Shown here: in pieces, positions 1 through 9,210 of the stretch
How the letters are laid out: every line of letters starts with the position of its first letter
How positions within the stretch are numbered: position 1 is the stretch's first letter
Source of the DNA: a virus
Length of the DNA: 64,000 nt
Reading direction: 5' to 3' (one strand)
IMG/VR virus record: IMGVR_UViG_3300042731_007944
Span: 1-64,000 of that record
Notes under the pieces: model-generated
The model's input: only the letters and a program-made list of their open reading frames with translations
What the model was told of the DNA's origin: nothing
The model's database searches: none
Program-made: the position numbers and the translations under genes

Positions 1-72
1 AAGTTTTATGCGTTGCACGTATGTTCAAACTGCGGAGCGCGGGTTTTGTCTTTGTGCAACGCTTTGTTAGCG
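1..72 (-). repeat. attC: attC site of cassette L7 (partial, runs off the window)
   Basis: Bases 1-70 are identical to 4106-4175. The GTTAGCG box at 66-72 is complementary to the CGCTAAC core at 4039-4045 that opens the cassette. Confidence 0.9.
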
Positions 73-157
73 CGCGCTTGTATGACACCACCAAACTTTC
101 TTTGAGGCTACCCACTCCAATATGTTTTGTCAAGCAGATAGCCTCAAATTTTAGAGG

Positions 158-931
158 TTATTTCAATTCTCCCTGCTTGGTTTCTGATATAAATTTGCGA
201 ATAAGTGGTAACGCTGCTGGATACCGCTTTTGGAAATACTTCTCGGCACGCTCTGGCAACCATACCGTATGAAAATGTTCAACGAAATCCGGCCATAATT
301 CTTTCGGGTACATTTTAGCCTGAACTTGACGACCATCAAGAAAATTATGACAATATGTCGGAAATTGTGAAGTATCAATCCCTTTTTCTTTCCGTAACCA
401 TTCACAAAACATTCGTCCTTCAGACCCATCAGGAAGCATATTCTCTGGCAAGGTGAAACCTTTCTCTTCCAAGGGAGCAATAACCCGAAATGTAATTTCA
501 TTGATCATTGAAAAGTATTGATACGGGATTTTACTTCTGTTGGCGAGATACCGTTGGAGATGATACGGAAGATTCTCTTTATGAAGAGCTAATCGCTCGC
601 ATTCAAGAAAATACTCTCGAATCCGTTCCCCGCGCTCTGTCCGTGACAACATGCAAACCTTCTTCGCAAAGTCTAACGTCAGATAAAAATCACGGCTTGG
701 TCTACCACCAGAGGTTTTCGACATAATGTCGAAAACCTCTTCATAATCTTCATGTTCTACCGCGAATTGATTTTCAACAATATTTTTTCTGTACCACCGT
801 GCCCATTGAGATTTATCAAATCCTAATTTTTCGTAAAGCTCTCTGGCGCTAACTCGGCATTTCCCTTGGTCATTTTTGTGAATAGTCACAAGCTGAGTGC
901 CCAAATTTGGCACACTTCTACTGTCTTTCAT
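158..931 (-). CDS. AntA/AntB-type antirepressor N-terminal domain fused to a BstA-like/KilA-associated C-terminal domain
   Basis: N-terminal VSARELYEKLG...DFYLTLDFAKKVCM..R.E.G..IREYF is AntA-like. C-terminal PYHLQRY..YFS..E..PDGSEG..YP..F..WLP..YF resembles BstA-family C-termini. Confidence 0.65.
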   Translation of the reverse strand: MKDSRSVPNLGTQLVTIHKNDQGKCRVSARELYEKLGFDKSQWARWYRKNIVENQFAVEHEDYEEVFDIMSKTSGGRPSRDFYLTLDFAKKVCMLSRTERGERIREYFLECERLALHKENLPYHLQRYLANRSKIPYQYFSMINEITFRVIAPLEEKGFTLPENMLPDGSEGRMFCEWLRKEKGIDTSQFPTYCHNFLDGRQVQAKMYPKELWPDFVEHFHTVWLPERAEKYFQKRYPAALPLIRKFISETKQGELK

Positions 932-954
932 GTGTAATTAGGGAACATATTTTC

Positions 955-1090
955 TTGACAGGAACGGTGGGGGGATATACTATATTCTCCGTTCAGAGGG
1001 GAAATGTAGTACTCATCTTTCGTAGTCCCAATACGATGATGACCCCACCTTCAAGCGGGTTTGGCTGTAGCGAGTCAGCCCGCTTTTCTT
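955..1090 (+). ncRNA. Candidate antisense sRNA opposite the antA leader (with promoter and terminator)
   Basis: TTGACA(955)-17 bp-TACTAT, followed by hairpin AAGCGGG..CCCGCTT plus a T-run at 1053-1090. Confidence 0.5.
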
Positions 1091-1250
1091 GTTCCTGCCA
1101 CACTATATCATGTCAAAAAACAAAAACGCCTTTAAGATTTTGCTACCGCCGGTCTTAAATGGCGTTCACGTCGTCGCCGACGCGAGAATCTTAAAGGCGT
1201 CAATTTATTCTACAATGCGCCATTTAAGACCTTAATTGGTAGCATGACGT

Positions 1251-1293
1251 ATTGTAGTTTGAATAGAAAAAACTGTCAAGAGAAAATTTTCAC
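1251..1293 (-). promoter_or_regulatory. Sigma-70 promoter with an adjacent GTGAAAATTTTCAC-type operator
   Basis: Minus strand reads GTGAAAATTTTCTC-TTGACA-17 bp-TACAAT. Confidence 0.65.
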
Positions 1294-1472
1294 CAAATCG
1301 ATCTTTCCCTGTCTGTGTGGGGAAAACACCACTGAGCGCGGGGCAAGGGACGCAGCCCTGCGCGGTGTTTCTTGTATCTGGTGACAAGAAACCTTTTTCC
1401 CGCGCCGCCGCGACGAGGAAAAACTTAATTGTTCCGCCAAACACAAGAGAGCGGGGGCAAAGCGGGCCACCA

Positions 1473-3791
1473 TCATTCCCCCTTCCCCCAGATGACTTTT
1501 ATGCGGTGTTGTATTTTGCCATCAAACATTTCCACCAATTGTTTAGCTTCTTCTATCTTCTTTTGGTATCCTTCTATTTCATCGACTATTTTCTGTTGGA
1601 TTTCAAGAGGCGGCAATGGGATTTTTAGTTTTTTTAACTGTTGTTTCGTTACTCCCTGTATAGTTGAACCTCTGCTGACCTTCTTAAATTGCTGGACAAT
1701 ATCAGAGATTACATACAGAAGATACCTCGGCAGCACTCGATCTTTTTTTAGCACCAGCCCTTGAATATCCTGGCTGATGCATACTGAAAAGTCTGTCAAA
1801 GCTACTTTTCCCAAACCGACACGTGTTACAACTAAAACACTACCTGACGGAATTTGATTTGTTGACGAATCTTGGATCGCTTCAACCGTAATATATCGTC
1901 TTGGAGTTATTTGATGCAATCCCGCAATATCAGCACTTGAAATCCAGGGAATTTCACCTTTCCAATATTGTGGAACTTTCGTAGATGGAGTTCCACCACC
2001 TAAAATTTTTTCACATAAATCGTTTAGCTCTACAAGATCCCATTGAACATTTCCATAATCCACCAATTGAATATAATTGCTTTTGCTTAGAGTGTAATCA
2101 TTTTCTTTCACATCTTGCAGGTCAATAATGGTAAATCCAACCTGTATCAGGTCTTTGTTTTCATACGAATCTATATTTCGATATGTTAAAAACTTGTCAA
2201 TATCGTTATCTCCCTCAAGCTTTTTCCTGTAATTATCAAGGGTAAAACCATCATTTTGAATGTCAAAAAACCAGTAATGACTCTGAGGTTCTGATTTTTT
2301 GACTTTTGTGCAATAAAGAATATCTGTTTTTACCCCTGAATATGGCAAAAACATCCCCTGTGGTAAAGATATAATACTTTGCAAAAATGTGTTCCTGAGA
2401 AGATATTCTCTCGTATTTCGGAGATGTTTACGAAATAAAAAGCCTTCCGGGACAACGATTGCAAGCCTCCCATTTGGTGCAGCACGATTGATTGCACGAA
2501 TACAATGTTGAACACAAATGCTGTCACCATCATGAGTCGGTAAATCATAAAGGCGGCCATACTCTGTCTCTTGTGAATATGGCATGTTCGTAACGACAAC
2601 ATCAAATTCGTTATCACTCGGAAAAGCGAGACTATTAATCTTTTTTATATTACTATGCCCATCTCCAGCCAAAATCATATTCATTTTTGTAATTCTGGCA
2701 GTTCCCGTAATTTCATTCCCGTAAATAGTCCGTTTCTGCAACCTGTCAATGTTCTCTTCTGTAGGAACGCTATTTCGTTCAATATGTCGAAAACTATCAA
2801 TCAACAATCCTCCTGTCCCACAAAAAGGATCATAAACCTTCTCGCCGAGTTGCGGATTGACGAGTTTGACCATCATTTTTACGACATGTCGTGGGGTAAA
2901 GTATTCTCCTAAATCGTTTCCCGTAACTGTTGAAGCTTTTAGGAAATACTCAAAAGCATCTCCCTTAATATCAGAGTTAATATCCGTAAGAGTTAATGGG
3001 TCTAATTTGTCGATTATTTTCTTGAGCGTAGCGTCACTTTTAATGGAAAGTTCTTGAAATATATCGGGATCGTCATAATTCCGGCTAATATTAGGGAGTA
3101 CAACGCCATTTATATAGTCTAAAAGCTCCCCTTCTCGTTTATCTTTAAAATAATCCCATCTCCATTCATATTTGATAGAACTTTGCTTACCCTGCTCTTC
3201 TCGGATATGCTCATTTTCGCTAATAAGTTTCAGAAAAAGGATATTGGCAAATTCGCTAAAACGCTCTATTCCAGCCCGCAACCCCTCAGCCCGAAGCATA
3301 TTGTTGGCTTCGTCAAATATTTTGATTAATTCATGACGAGAATCAATAACTTGCTTTGATATGGTGTTGACTTCATTATCTTCCAGAAATCTTATAGCCA
3401 AAACTTCACGTATTAATTCATCAACCTCCTCGCCATTGAGGATTAATGGCCTATGTGTTTTGGTGTGGTGAGTTTTGCAGTAGACGCCATCAGTTGCATA
3501 GACGATGGGAGTATCAAGTTTTTCGGCATATCCGATCCCCTGGTTTAACGCTTGAAGAATATCAACCCCTGGCTTTTTGGTCTCAATAATAATGAGAGGA
3601 ACACTCGTCCCTTGTTTATAGAGGACATAATCAGGACGCTTGCCTTTAAGTTTTTTACGCTCTTTCTCTGTGCGTGGTTGCTCAAAAAAGACATTCTGTT
3701 TAGGATTCTGACGATCTAAAATCCATCCTAAATTCTCAAGTTGTTTGTTCACTTGATGTCTGACATCAAATTCAAGCGGCGATGTTAACAT
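1473..3791 (-). CDS. Single-polypeptide restriction-modification enzyme (HsdR_N-type nuclease + N6-adenine MTase + one specificity domain)
   Basis: RPDYVL..IIETKK nuclease motif; GEYFTP, DPFCGTGG and NMPY MTase motifs; C-terminal GGTPST..IPLPPLEIQQKI TRD. Start moved to ATG 3791. Confidence 0.85.
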   Translation of the reverse strand: MLTSPLEFDVRHQVNKQLENLGWILDRQNPKQNVFFEQPRTEKERKKLKGKRPDYVLYKQGTSVPLIIIETKKPGVDILQALNQGIGYAEKLDTPIVYATDGVYCKTHHTKTHRPLILNGEEVDELIREVLAIRFLEDNEVNTISKQVIDSRHELIKIFDEANNMLRAEGLRAGIERFSEFANILFLKLISENEHIREEQGKQSSIKYEWRWDYFKDKREGELLDYINGVVLPNISRNYDDPDIFQELSIKSDATLKKIIDKLDPLTLTDINSDIKGDAFEYFLKASTVTGNDLGEYFTPRHVVKMMVKLVNPQLGEKVYDPFCGTGGLLIDSFRHIERNSVPTEENIDRLQKRTIYGNEITGTARITKMNMILAGDGHSNIKKINSLAFPSDNEFDVVVTNMPYSQETEYGRLYDLPTHDGDSICVQHCIRAINRAAPNGRLAIVVPEGFLFRKHLRNTREYLLRNTFLQSIISLPQGMFLPYSGVKTDILYCTKVKKSEPQSHYWFFDIQNDGFTLDNYRKKLEGDNDIDKFLTYRNIDSYENKDLIQVGFTIIDLQDVKENDYTLSKSNYIQLVDYGNVQWDLVELNDLCEKILGGGTPSTKVPQYWKGEIPWISSADIAGLHQITPRRYITVEAIQDSSTNQIPSGSVLVVTRVGLGKVALTDFSVCISQDIQGLVLKKDRVLPRYLLYVISDIVQQFKKVSRGSTIQGVTKQQLKKLKIPLPPLEIQQKIVDEIEGYQKKIEEAKQLVEMFDGKIQHRIKVIWGKGE

Positions 3792-4038
3792 AGCACCCGT
3801 AAAATAACAAAAACCCGTTTCACCTGCTGTTGATGCTTGCGGCATCTGTGCAACCCACGACTTGCGCCCGGTTGCCGTGAAACGGGATTCTAGTCAATTC
3901 TATAATAATTCATCATCAAACATCAACAGCATATTCACCGTCACCTGAATACATTCTGTTGTCAAGTGCAAAATATTGTTGTGAGAAAGTTCTCTATCTT
4001 TGCTCGTACCCACTTACTTTGTAATATAGAAAGATGCG

Positions 4039-4177
4039 CGCTAACGCCTGCGTTCACAAGCAAAACTCGCGCCCTATGCGGGAGACAGACGTTGATGCTA
4101 AGATTAAGTTTTATGCGTTGCACGTATGTTCAAACTGCGGAGCGCGGGTTTTGTCTTTGTGCAACGCTTTGTTAGGG
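4039..4177 (-). repeat. attC: attC site (139 bp) closing cassette L6
   Basis: CGCTAAC...GTTAGGG imperfect palindrome. GTTAGGGCG matches CGCCCTAAC at 6390-6398. Confidence 0.92.
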
Positions 4178-4203
4178 CGATTTTAGACAGCATCACCCAA
4201 ACC

Positions 4204-4665
4204 TTAATTTTGACAATTAAACTTCTCCGCAAGCTTCAGTAAATTATTTTCCATTGGAGGTCGCAACCATGCTTCATACATTTCTGGAATATCTTCACTA
4301 TGATGTTCAAAGAGACAATCAATTATTTGTTTTATGGTTTCAATTGATAATGTACCACCTTCTAAAACATGCCAATCATCCTCCTCATCAATGTCATTCG
4401 GAGGAATTGGGTATAAATCATAAAGCAGTACCCACGTATCTTCAGGAAAACAATCGGTGCCTTGTGGAATAAAGTATTCCCCTTGAGCATAATACGTTCC
4501 GCACCCCGGCTTTTTTGTTCTTCCTTTTTGTCGAGAGGTCGTTTTTACGAACAAATAATCTTCCTCCCCTGTCGGAGTATTCAATAGAACTAACAGCTTG
4601 TTACCAACTGTCCCATCACAAAACTTGAATTGTGGATTATGATAAATTGTTCCTCGGACATTCAT
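4204..4665 (-). CDS. Putative toxin partner of the Panacea antitoxin (possibly PemK/MazF-like fold)
   Basis: Overlaps the antitoxin stop codon by 4 nt; F.DG...K.LVLL...TTS pattern. Confidence 0.5.
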   Translation of the reverse strand: MNVRGTIYHNPQFKFCDGTVGNKLLVLLNTPTGEEDYLFVKTTSRQKGRTKKPGCGTYYAQGEYFIPQGTDCFPEDTWVLLYDLYPIPPNDIDEEDDWHVLEGGTLSIETIKQIIDCLFEHHSEDIPEMYEAWLRPPMENNLLKLAEKFNCQN

Positions 4666-5222
4666 TTTCTCGCTCCAAACACACGATACATTTCATGGCG
4701 TTCTTTTACCCGGTCATGGGCGTCTTCATACGATAGACTTTCTGGAGCATCATCCAATGCTAAATAGTAATCTATTCGTTGCTTCAACCCTTTTTCTTTC
4801 TTTGTTTTATACCAGGGAGAATTATATAAATGAGTAGATTCTACCATGTCGTCTGCTTGGGCATCTTTAAAGATAAATACCAAGTCTTCTAATAGCCGTT
4901 TTTCTCTTTTTGTAAAATATTTCCCATTAAATTTTTGACGAGGAACGATTTGCTGGAACTTATCACGTGTGATGATTTTGATTGCAGCAGCAAGATCCGG
5001 TTGCATATCTCCTGAAATCTCATCGAAAACCGGGACGGGTACTGGTCCCATTTCCCATGCATCATAGAACATTCCAGTAACGGATTTGCCGGTTTCTTTG
5101 AAGTGCCTAAAATCAAGAAAATAGAGTAACTTCATTAACTTTGTTTTACCACAAAATTCAGTATTTGCCGCAAAATAAATGATAGCATTGATAAGTTTTT
5201 CTCTATAATGAGTATTAATCAT
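4662..5222 (-). CDS. Panacea/SocA (DUF4065) antitoxin
   Basis: KTKLMKLLYFLDF..G.SVTG..Y.AW.MGPVP...SH-like/PW signature. Confidence 0.85.
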   Translation of the reverse strand: MINTHYREKLINAIIYFAANTEFCGKTKLMKLLYFLDFRHFKETGKSVTGMFYDAWEMGPVPVPVFDEISGDMQPDLAAAIKIITRDKFQQIVPRQKFNGKYFTKREKRLLEDLVFIFKDAQADDMVESTHLYNSPWYKTKKEKGLKQRIDYYLALDDAPESLSYEDAHDRVKERHEMYRVFGARK

Positions 5223-5382
5223 AATTTTTCACCACCAAGCACGACGCGAAGCGTGGTGCGTTTTTTTGCCGAAATTGGCAATCAGTTTTCTTCCCGCTGC
5301 TGCCGCGACAAGTACAATACTGATAGAGCCTCCCAAACATTGCAGAGCGGGAGCAAAGCGGGACGACTACCTTTATGATTTC

Positions 5383-6147
5383 TTATGGAGCCATAAGTTC
5401 GTCCAAGGCTTCTTTAACAGCAGCCATAAATGTCTTGCAAGCTGCTTTGTTTATAGTATAATCCCCATACTTTTTAGCATGATTAGCAGGATGGATTAAA
5501 TTGCGATATTCTATCAAAAGGTCATTATAAAATTTCACTCCCTGACTGATCCATTCACATTCATGCGCGATAAGTATCAGCTTACCGAGCCCCCATCTTG
5601 TAAGATCATTGATATCAATGGGGTTGCCATTTTTGTAAACTTCATGCGTTTTTTGTTTTGCCTCATCAAAGTTGTGTTTTAATTTATAATATAATAGCCC
5701 CTCAAGGATGCTACCAAGCAAAACAACAGTTGACAGGTTAGCTCCCACCTGGAGTGTTTTTTGTAATTCCTGCCATCGTTCTTCAAATATTCTTGTTGCT
5801 GTTGGGTCCCTGACAATATTTATAAAACTGTATGGCAATGGGGCGGCATGCCACTCCTGCTTAATAGCCTGAATAACTTGTTGAAGATGCCCTATTAAAC
5901 CTTGTGTTTGTGGATTGTCAAAAAATACAAGACGAAGATCATTGCCAGAGATCGGAACGCTTTTTATAAAAACACGAAAATTTCCACAAAGATATTCAAA
6001 ATACTGTTCTTCCTCTATTTCTACATTGTCCCTTAACCTGACACGAGGCCCAAAAGTTGCCCGTAAATACGTATCAAACCACCCCTTAAATTCATGATGA
6101 TTCGCATGAATAGCGAGGGTTTCATACTCCACAAAATCATCATGCAT
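5383..6147 (-). CDS. Protein with a C-terminal HEPN-like domain
   Basis: VLLGSILEGLL helix and an RNLIH (R-x3-H, HEPN-like) motif. Confidence 0.55.
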   Translation of the reverse strand: MHDDFVEYETLAIHANHHEFKGWFDTYLRATFGPRVRLRDNVEIEEEQYFEYLCGNFRVFIKSVPISGNDLRLVFFDNPQTQGLIGHLQQVIQAIKQEWHAAPLPYSFINIVRDPTATRIFEERWQELQKTLQVGANLSTVVLLGSILEGLLYYKLKHNFDEAKQKTHEVYKNGNPIDINDLTRWGLGKLILIAHECEWISQGVKFYNDLLIEYRNLIHPANHAKKYGDYTINKAACKTFMAAVKEALDELMAP

Positions 6148-6391
6148 GGTTTTGTCCTTTCATTTTATGATACACCCATTCAAGGAGTTCCAAAGCCGTA
6201 GTTTGACTTGGCGTTTTCCCGGTTTCTTTCATAAAGTACGCCAACACCTCATCGAGCGATTTATGCAATTGTTGATAATGCTGTTGTATATTTTGTATTT
6301 GTATCATAATTTCGCTTTAGGAGAGTTATCCAATTTTGACAAGTTATTTTTCGCTGTTCGCACCCCACTGTTTTTTATACGGAGGTGAGCG

Positions 6392-6532
6392 CCCTAACGC
6401 CTGCGCTCACGTGCGCAGCCCGCGCCCTCATGCGGGAGACACACGTTGACACCACCACTGAACGATATGCGGGGCAATGAGGCTCAAAACGGCTCCGCGC
6501 GGGCTGTGTCACCGTGCAGCGCATTGTTATAA
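6392..6532 (-). repeat. attC: attC site (141 bp) closing cassette L5
   Basis: CCCTAAC...GTTATAA. GTTATAACGC matches GCGTTATAAC at 7666-7675. Clearly related to attC 4039-4177. Confidence 0.92.
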
Positions 6533-6592
6533 CGCCTTTCATACTCCCAACTTTTCTTTTCTTACGTCATGGCTACTTGGTAAGTGATATCG

Positions 6593-6778
6593 TCAAAACA
6601 CCAAGGCCAAGACTTCGACATCGCAGGTTCTCTCCACGGAAATCTCTTGCGGATCGACAGCTTGAAGAATATTCACCCGTTCAATCAGCACCGTCGTCTC
6701 ATCCTCAAAGGCTTGAATACTTCGGAGAATATCAGCCTCTAATTGTTGCTTTCTTTTCCGAATTTCCGTTAATTCCAT
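6593..6778 (-). CDS. Small hypothetical protein (cassette L5)
   Basis: 61-aa ORF directly downstream of 6791-7282. Confidence 0.6.
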   Translation of the reverse strand: MELTEIRKRKQQLEADILRSIQAFEDETTVLIERVNILQAVDPQEISVERTCDVEVLALVF

Positions 6779-6790
6779 ATCGTATCACCA

Positions 6791-7282
6791 TTACGTTAAC
6801 CGCGTCAAAACCTCTAAGATCACCGCCCAGGTTGCCGGATGCTCAATACCTTTGAGAATTAATGATGTCATCAACTCCGTTGATACATTACCTGAAAAAT
6901 GTCGTAACTTTTTCAGAATGGTCTCCTTCTCCTCCTGGGGGATCGATGACTGAAGAATTTTTTCTTCGACAAGTTTTTTGACACTCTCAACGTCAAATTT
7001 GACTGTAACGGTATTGAGTATCGCTGTCAACCCTCCATCATCTTCCAAAAAATCCAATCCGCTTGCAGAGATTTTGGCCAGGATCATTGAACGTGGGGCT
7101 GACATCACTCGTCGCTCTTTGCCTTCAATCAATCCATGTTCTTTGAGATAGAACGCATTAAACTGTAATTCTTGTTCATCATCACAATCAAGCGCTAACT
7201 TGTGTAATTGCACCTCTTCTGGGTAATGGTCGCGTAATGCCACTAAGATTTTCCGCTGTATTTCACGATTCACACTCATCAT
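6791..7282 (-). CDS. Winged-helix-like hypothetical protein (DUF2513/YjcQ-like)
   Basis: IL..L...YP...YLKEHGLI...I.A.G.DFL..DGG pattern; AGGAGG RBS. Confidence 0.6.
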   Translation of the reverse strand: MMSVNREIQRKILVALRDHYPEEVQLHKLALDCDDEQELQFNAFYLKEHGLIEGKERRVMSAPRSMILAKISASGLDFLEDDGGLTAILNTVTVKFDVESVKKLVEEKILQSSIPQEEKETILKKLRHFSGNVSTELMTSLILKGIEHPATWAVILEVLTRLT

Positions 7283-7668
7283 ATCCTCCTGTCTTCAACC
7301 CCTGTCATATCCAGAAAAATGAGGAACAGCAGGCGACAGGAGTAACCTGCTGATTCGGGTCGCGATCCCTATCCTCATTATGGCGAGCAAGCGCGACGCG
7401 ATGCGTGGCGCGATGCGTGGCGCGATGCGTATCTTTGTTACTGGCAACTACCTTAATCCCACACTGGACGGTTGCGCCCTGACCGAAGGCAACAAGCCTC
7501 GACAGAGCACCAAACTGTAGATGACGAGGAGTATGTCTGATGAACCTCCGCGCAACTGTGCTGTGTGGGCCACCATACTTCTGATTCAATCGTAACCGAA
7601 CAAATCTGGAAAGCGCAAGACGTTTTTACAGCTTTTTACTGTCTTATCCAAGCGTATAGTCACATGCG

Positions 7669-7802
7669 TTATAACGCCCGCGCTCAACTGCAAAACCCGC
7701 AAGCGAGAAATGAAGCTGGCGCAAGCTGTAAACGTGTGCGGCAGTACAATGTGTAAATAACTACTGCACGCGGGTTTTGTCATTTGCAGCGCTTTGTTCT
7801 GC
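7669..7802 (-). repeat. attC: attC site (134 bp) closing cassette L4
   Basis: TTATAAC...GTTCTGC with internal AAAACCCGC/GCGGGTTTT arms. GTTCTGCGGC matches GCCGCAGAAC at 8354-8363. Confidence 0.9.
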
Positions 7803-8102
7803 GGCCAAAACCTCCATGCTTATTTTTTCAAAAGCTTCTTCTATAGCACGGGCATCGGCACGCTTAAAATCAATCCCGCAGGAATGACACTGCATTTCCC
7901 CGTCATCGCCATACAACGCAGAAAATGAACACCCATGCCGTAGCCACAAAAGACGTCGCAAAATTTTATTATCTTCTGCTAAATTGGTATTTTCTCCGCG
8001 CAAGATGGTAAGTGGGTTAATAGTTCTCCCACTCCCAACTACAACAACTTTGGGGCGCGTCTCCGTGAGATGTTTAATTTTGCCAATCGTATATTCCGAC
8101 AT
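7761..8102 (-). CDS. Phage-like hypothetical protein with putative Zn-binding motif
   Basis: LWLRHGC..LYGDDGEMQC..C.IDFKR; the ORF reads into the attC. Confidence 0.7.
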   Translation of the reverse strand: MSEYTIGKIKHLTETRPKVVVVGSGRTINPLTILRGENTNLAEDNKILRRLLWLRHGCSFSALYGDDGEMQCHSCGIDFKRADARAIEEAFEKISMEVLAAEQSAANDKTRVQ

Positions 8103-8103
8103 T

Positions 8104-8340
8104 TTATCTCCTTGGCTGGGGTTCTATGCGATTTTTTAACATATACTGAGTAAAATCATCATAGGCCCTATCGAGCTGATCTGCAACAATATTATCAATA
8201 ATGCTCTGCAATGTGGGGGTTGACTGAACCCATTGCTTGTACACTAATCGAGATGTTGAGTCTTTGGGTAATTTTTCCTTTTCACACCATTCTCCGTAAT
8301 CAATAATTTCGATGACTCGTCTTTCGATTGTCTTTTGCAT
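8104..8340 (-). CDS. Hypothetical protein (cassette L4)
   Basis: GGGAG RBS right after the cassette core; coupled to the next ORF. Confidence 0.7.
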   Translation of the reverse strand: MQKTIERRVIEIIDYGEWCEKEKLPKDSTSRLVYKQWVQSTPTLQSIIDNIVADQLDRAYDDFTQYMLKNRIEPQPRR

Positions 8341-8356
8341 TATTAACTCCCAAGCC

Positions 8357-8460
8357 GCAGAACGCTGAATTTCAGTTGCGGAAACCGCGCCAGGAAAAAC
8401 CTGACGCGACTACCACAACCAGACAGCGCGGTTTCCGTCAACTGCAAATTTTTGTTATGC
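8357..8460 (-). repeat. attC: attC site (104 bp) closing cassette L3
   Basis: GCAGAAC...GTTATGC with CGGAAACCGCGC/GCGCGGTTTCCG arms. Confidence 0.92.
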
Positions 8461-8775
8461 CGCACCACTACCAATGACTGTTCTTGCCAGCATCGCATCA
8501 ACATGATCGGCAGCAGATGCTAAATTCTGATAAGCTGTTTTCCATGTTTGATTCAAATCAGGTGCTTCAGAGAGTTCAAGAGAACCGTCTCTGATTTGTT
8601 GATAGTATTCCCTTGACTCTTCTGTTGTCATAGGTGACACGTTTGGCATTTCTTCAAAGGCCAATTTAAAATTCTCTTCAGTCGTTAATACTACTGTATG
8701 TTTTTTTAACTCAAGGGGGATGCCCTCAATTTTTACAACTGTTCCTGCCGGAATTGTTTTTTCTACTTTTCCCAT
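8455..8775 (-). CDS. Hypothetical protein (cassette L3)
   Basis: AAGGAG RBS; the TAA stop lies within the attC R'' box. Confidence 0.75.
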   Translation of the reverse strand: MGKVEKTIPAGTVVKIEGIPLELKKHTVVLTTEENFKLAFEEMPNVSPMTTEESREYYQQIRDGSLELSEAPDLNQTWKTAYQNLASAADHVDAMLARTVIGSGAA

Positions 8776-8797
8776 AATGCTCCTTCGCCGCAATGCG

Positions 8798-8898
8798 GCA
8801 TAACGTTGCATTCAGACGCCCCAACCCGCCTGAACGATGTTTGTAACTACGACAACTCTTGACGGCGGGTTGGGGTCGTTTGCAATGCTTTGTTCTGT
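8798..8898 (-). repeat. attC: attC site (101 bp) closing cassette L2
   Basis: GCATAAC...GTTCTGT with CCCCAACCCGCC/GGCGGGTTGGGG arms. Confidence 0.92.
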
Positions 8899-8903
8899 GG
8901 CGC

Positions 8904-9188
8904 TTAACAGACAGTTGCCGAATCAAGCATTTCCAGTGCTTCTTCATCGGCGATTGCCGTTTTTACTAATTCAACAAGATCCCCGCCTTTATGGACTTCG
9001 CACATAATTTCGTGTGCTTTCCCTGTGCCGAGCGATTGCTTGAACTCATTTTCAAGCCACAGAAGGCATAATGCAAGTTCTTTTTCCAAAAACGTCCACC
9101 GACGCAACCCCTTCCCTGCTCCTTGACCAATTTCTTGATGTGTTGTTTTGACTATTTTCGCAAGATTGATTTCCATGATTTTCTCCAC
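8904..9188 (-). CDS. Hypothetical protein (cassette L2)
   Basis: Single ORF filling the space between two attC sites. Confidence 0.7.
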   Translation of the reverse strand: MEKIMEINLAKIVKTTHQEIGQGAGKGLRRWTFLEKELALCLLWLENEFKQSLGTGKAHEIMCEVHKGGDLVELVKTAIADEEALEMLDSATVC

Positions 9189-9210
9189 GAATGTAGCATA
9201 CTTTCAAGCC

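Noticed and set aside
7530-7615. Hammerhead ribozyme (CTGATGA at ~7536)
   Set aside because: No properly placed stem II/GAAA/stem III could be built.
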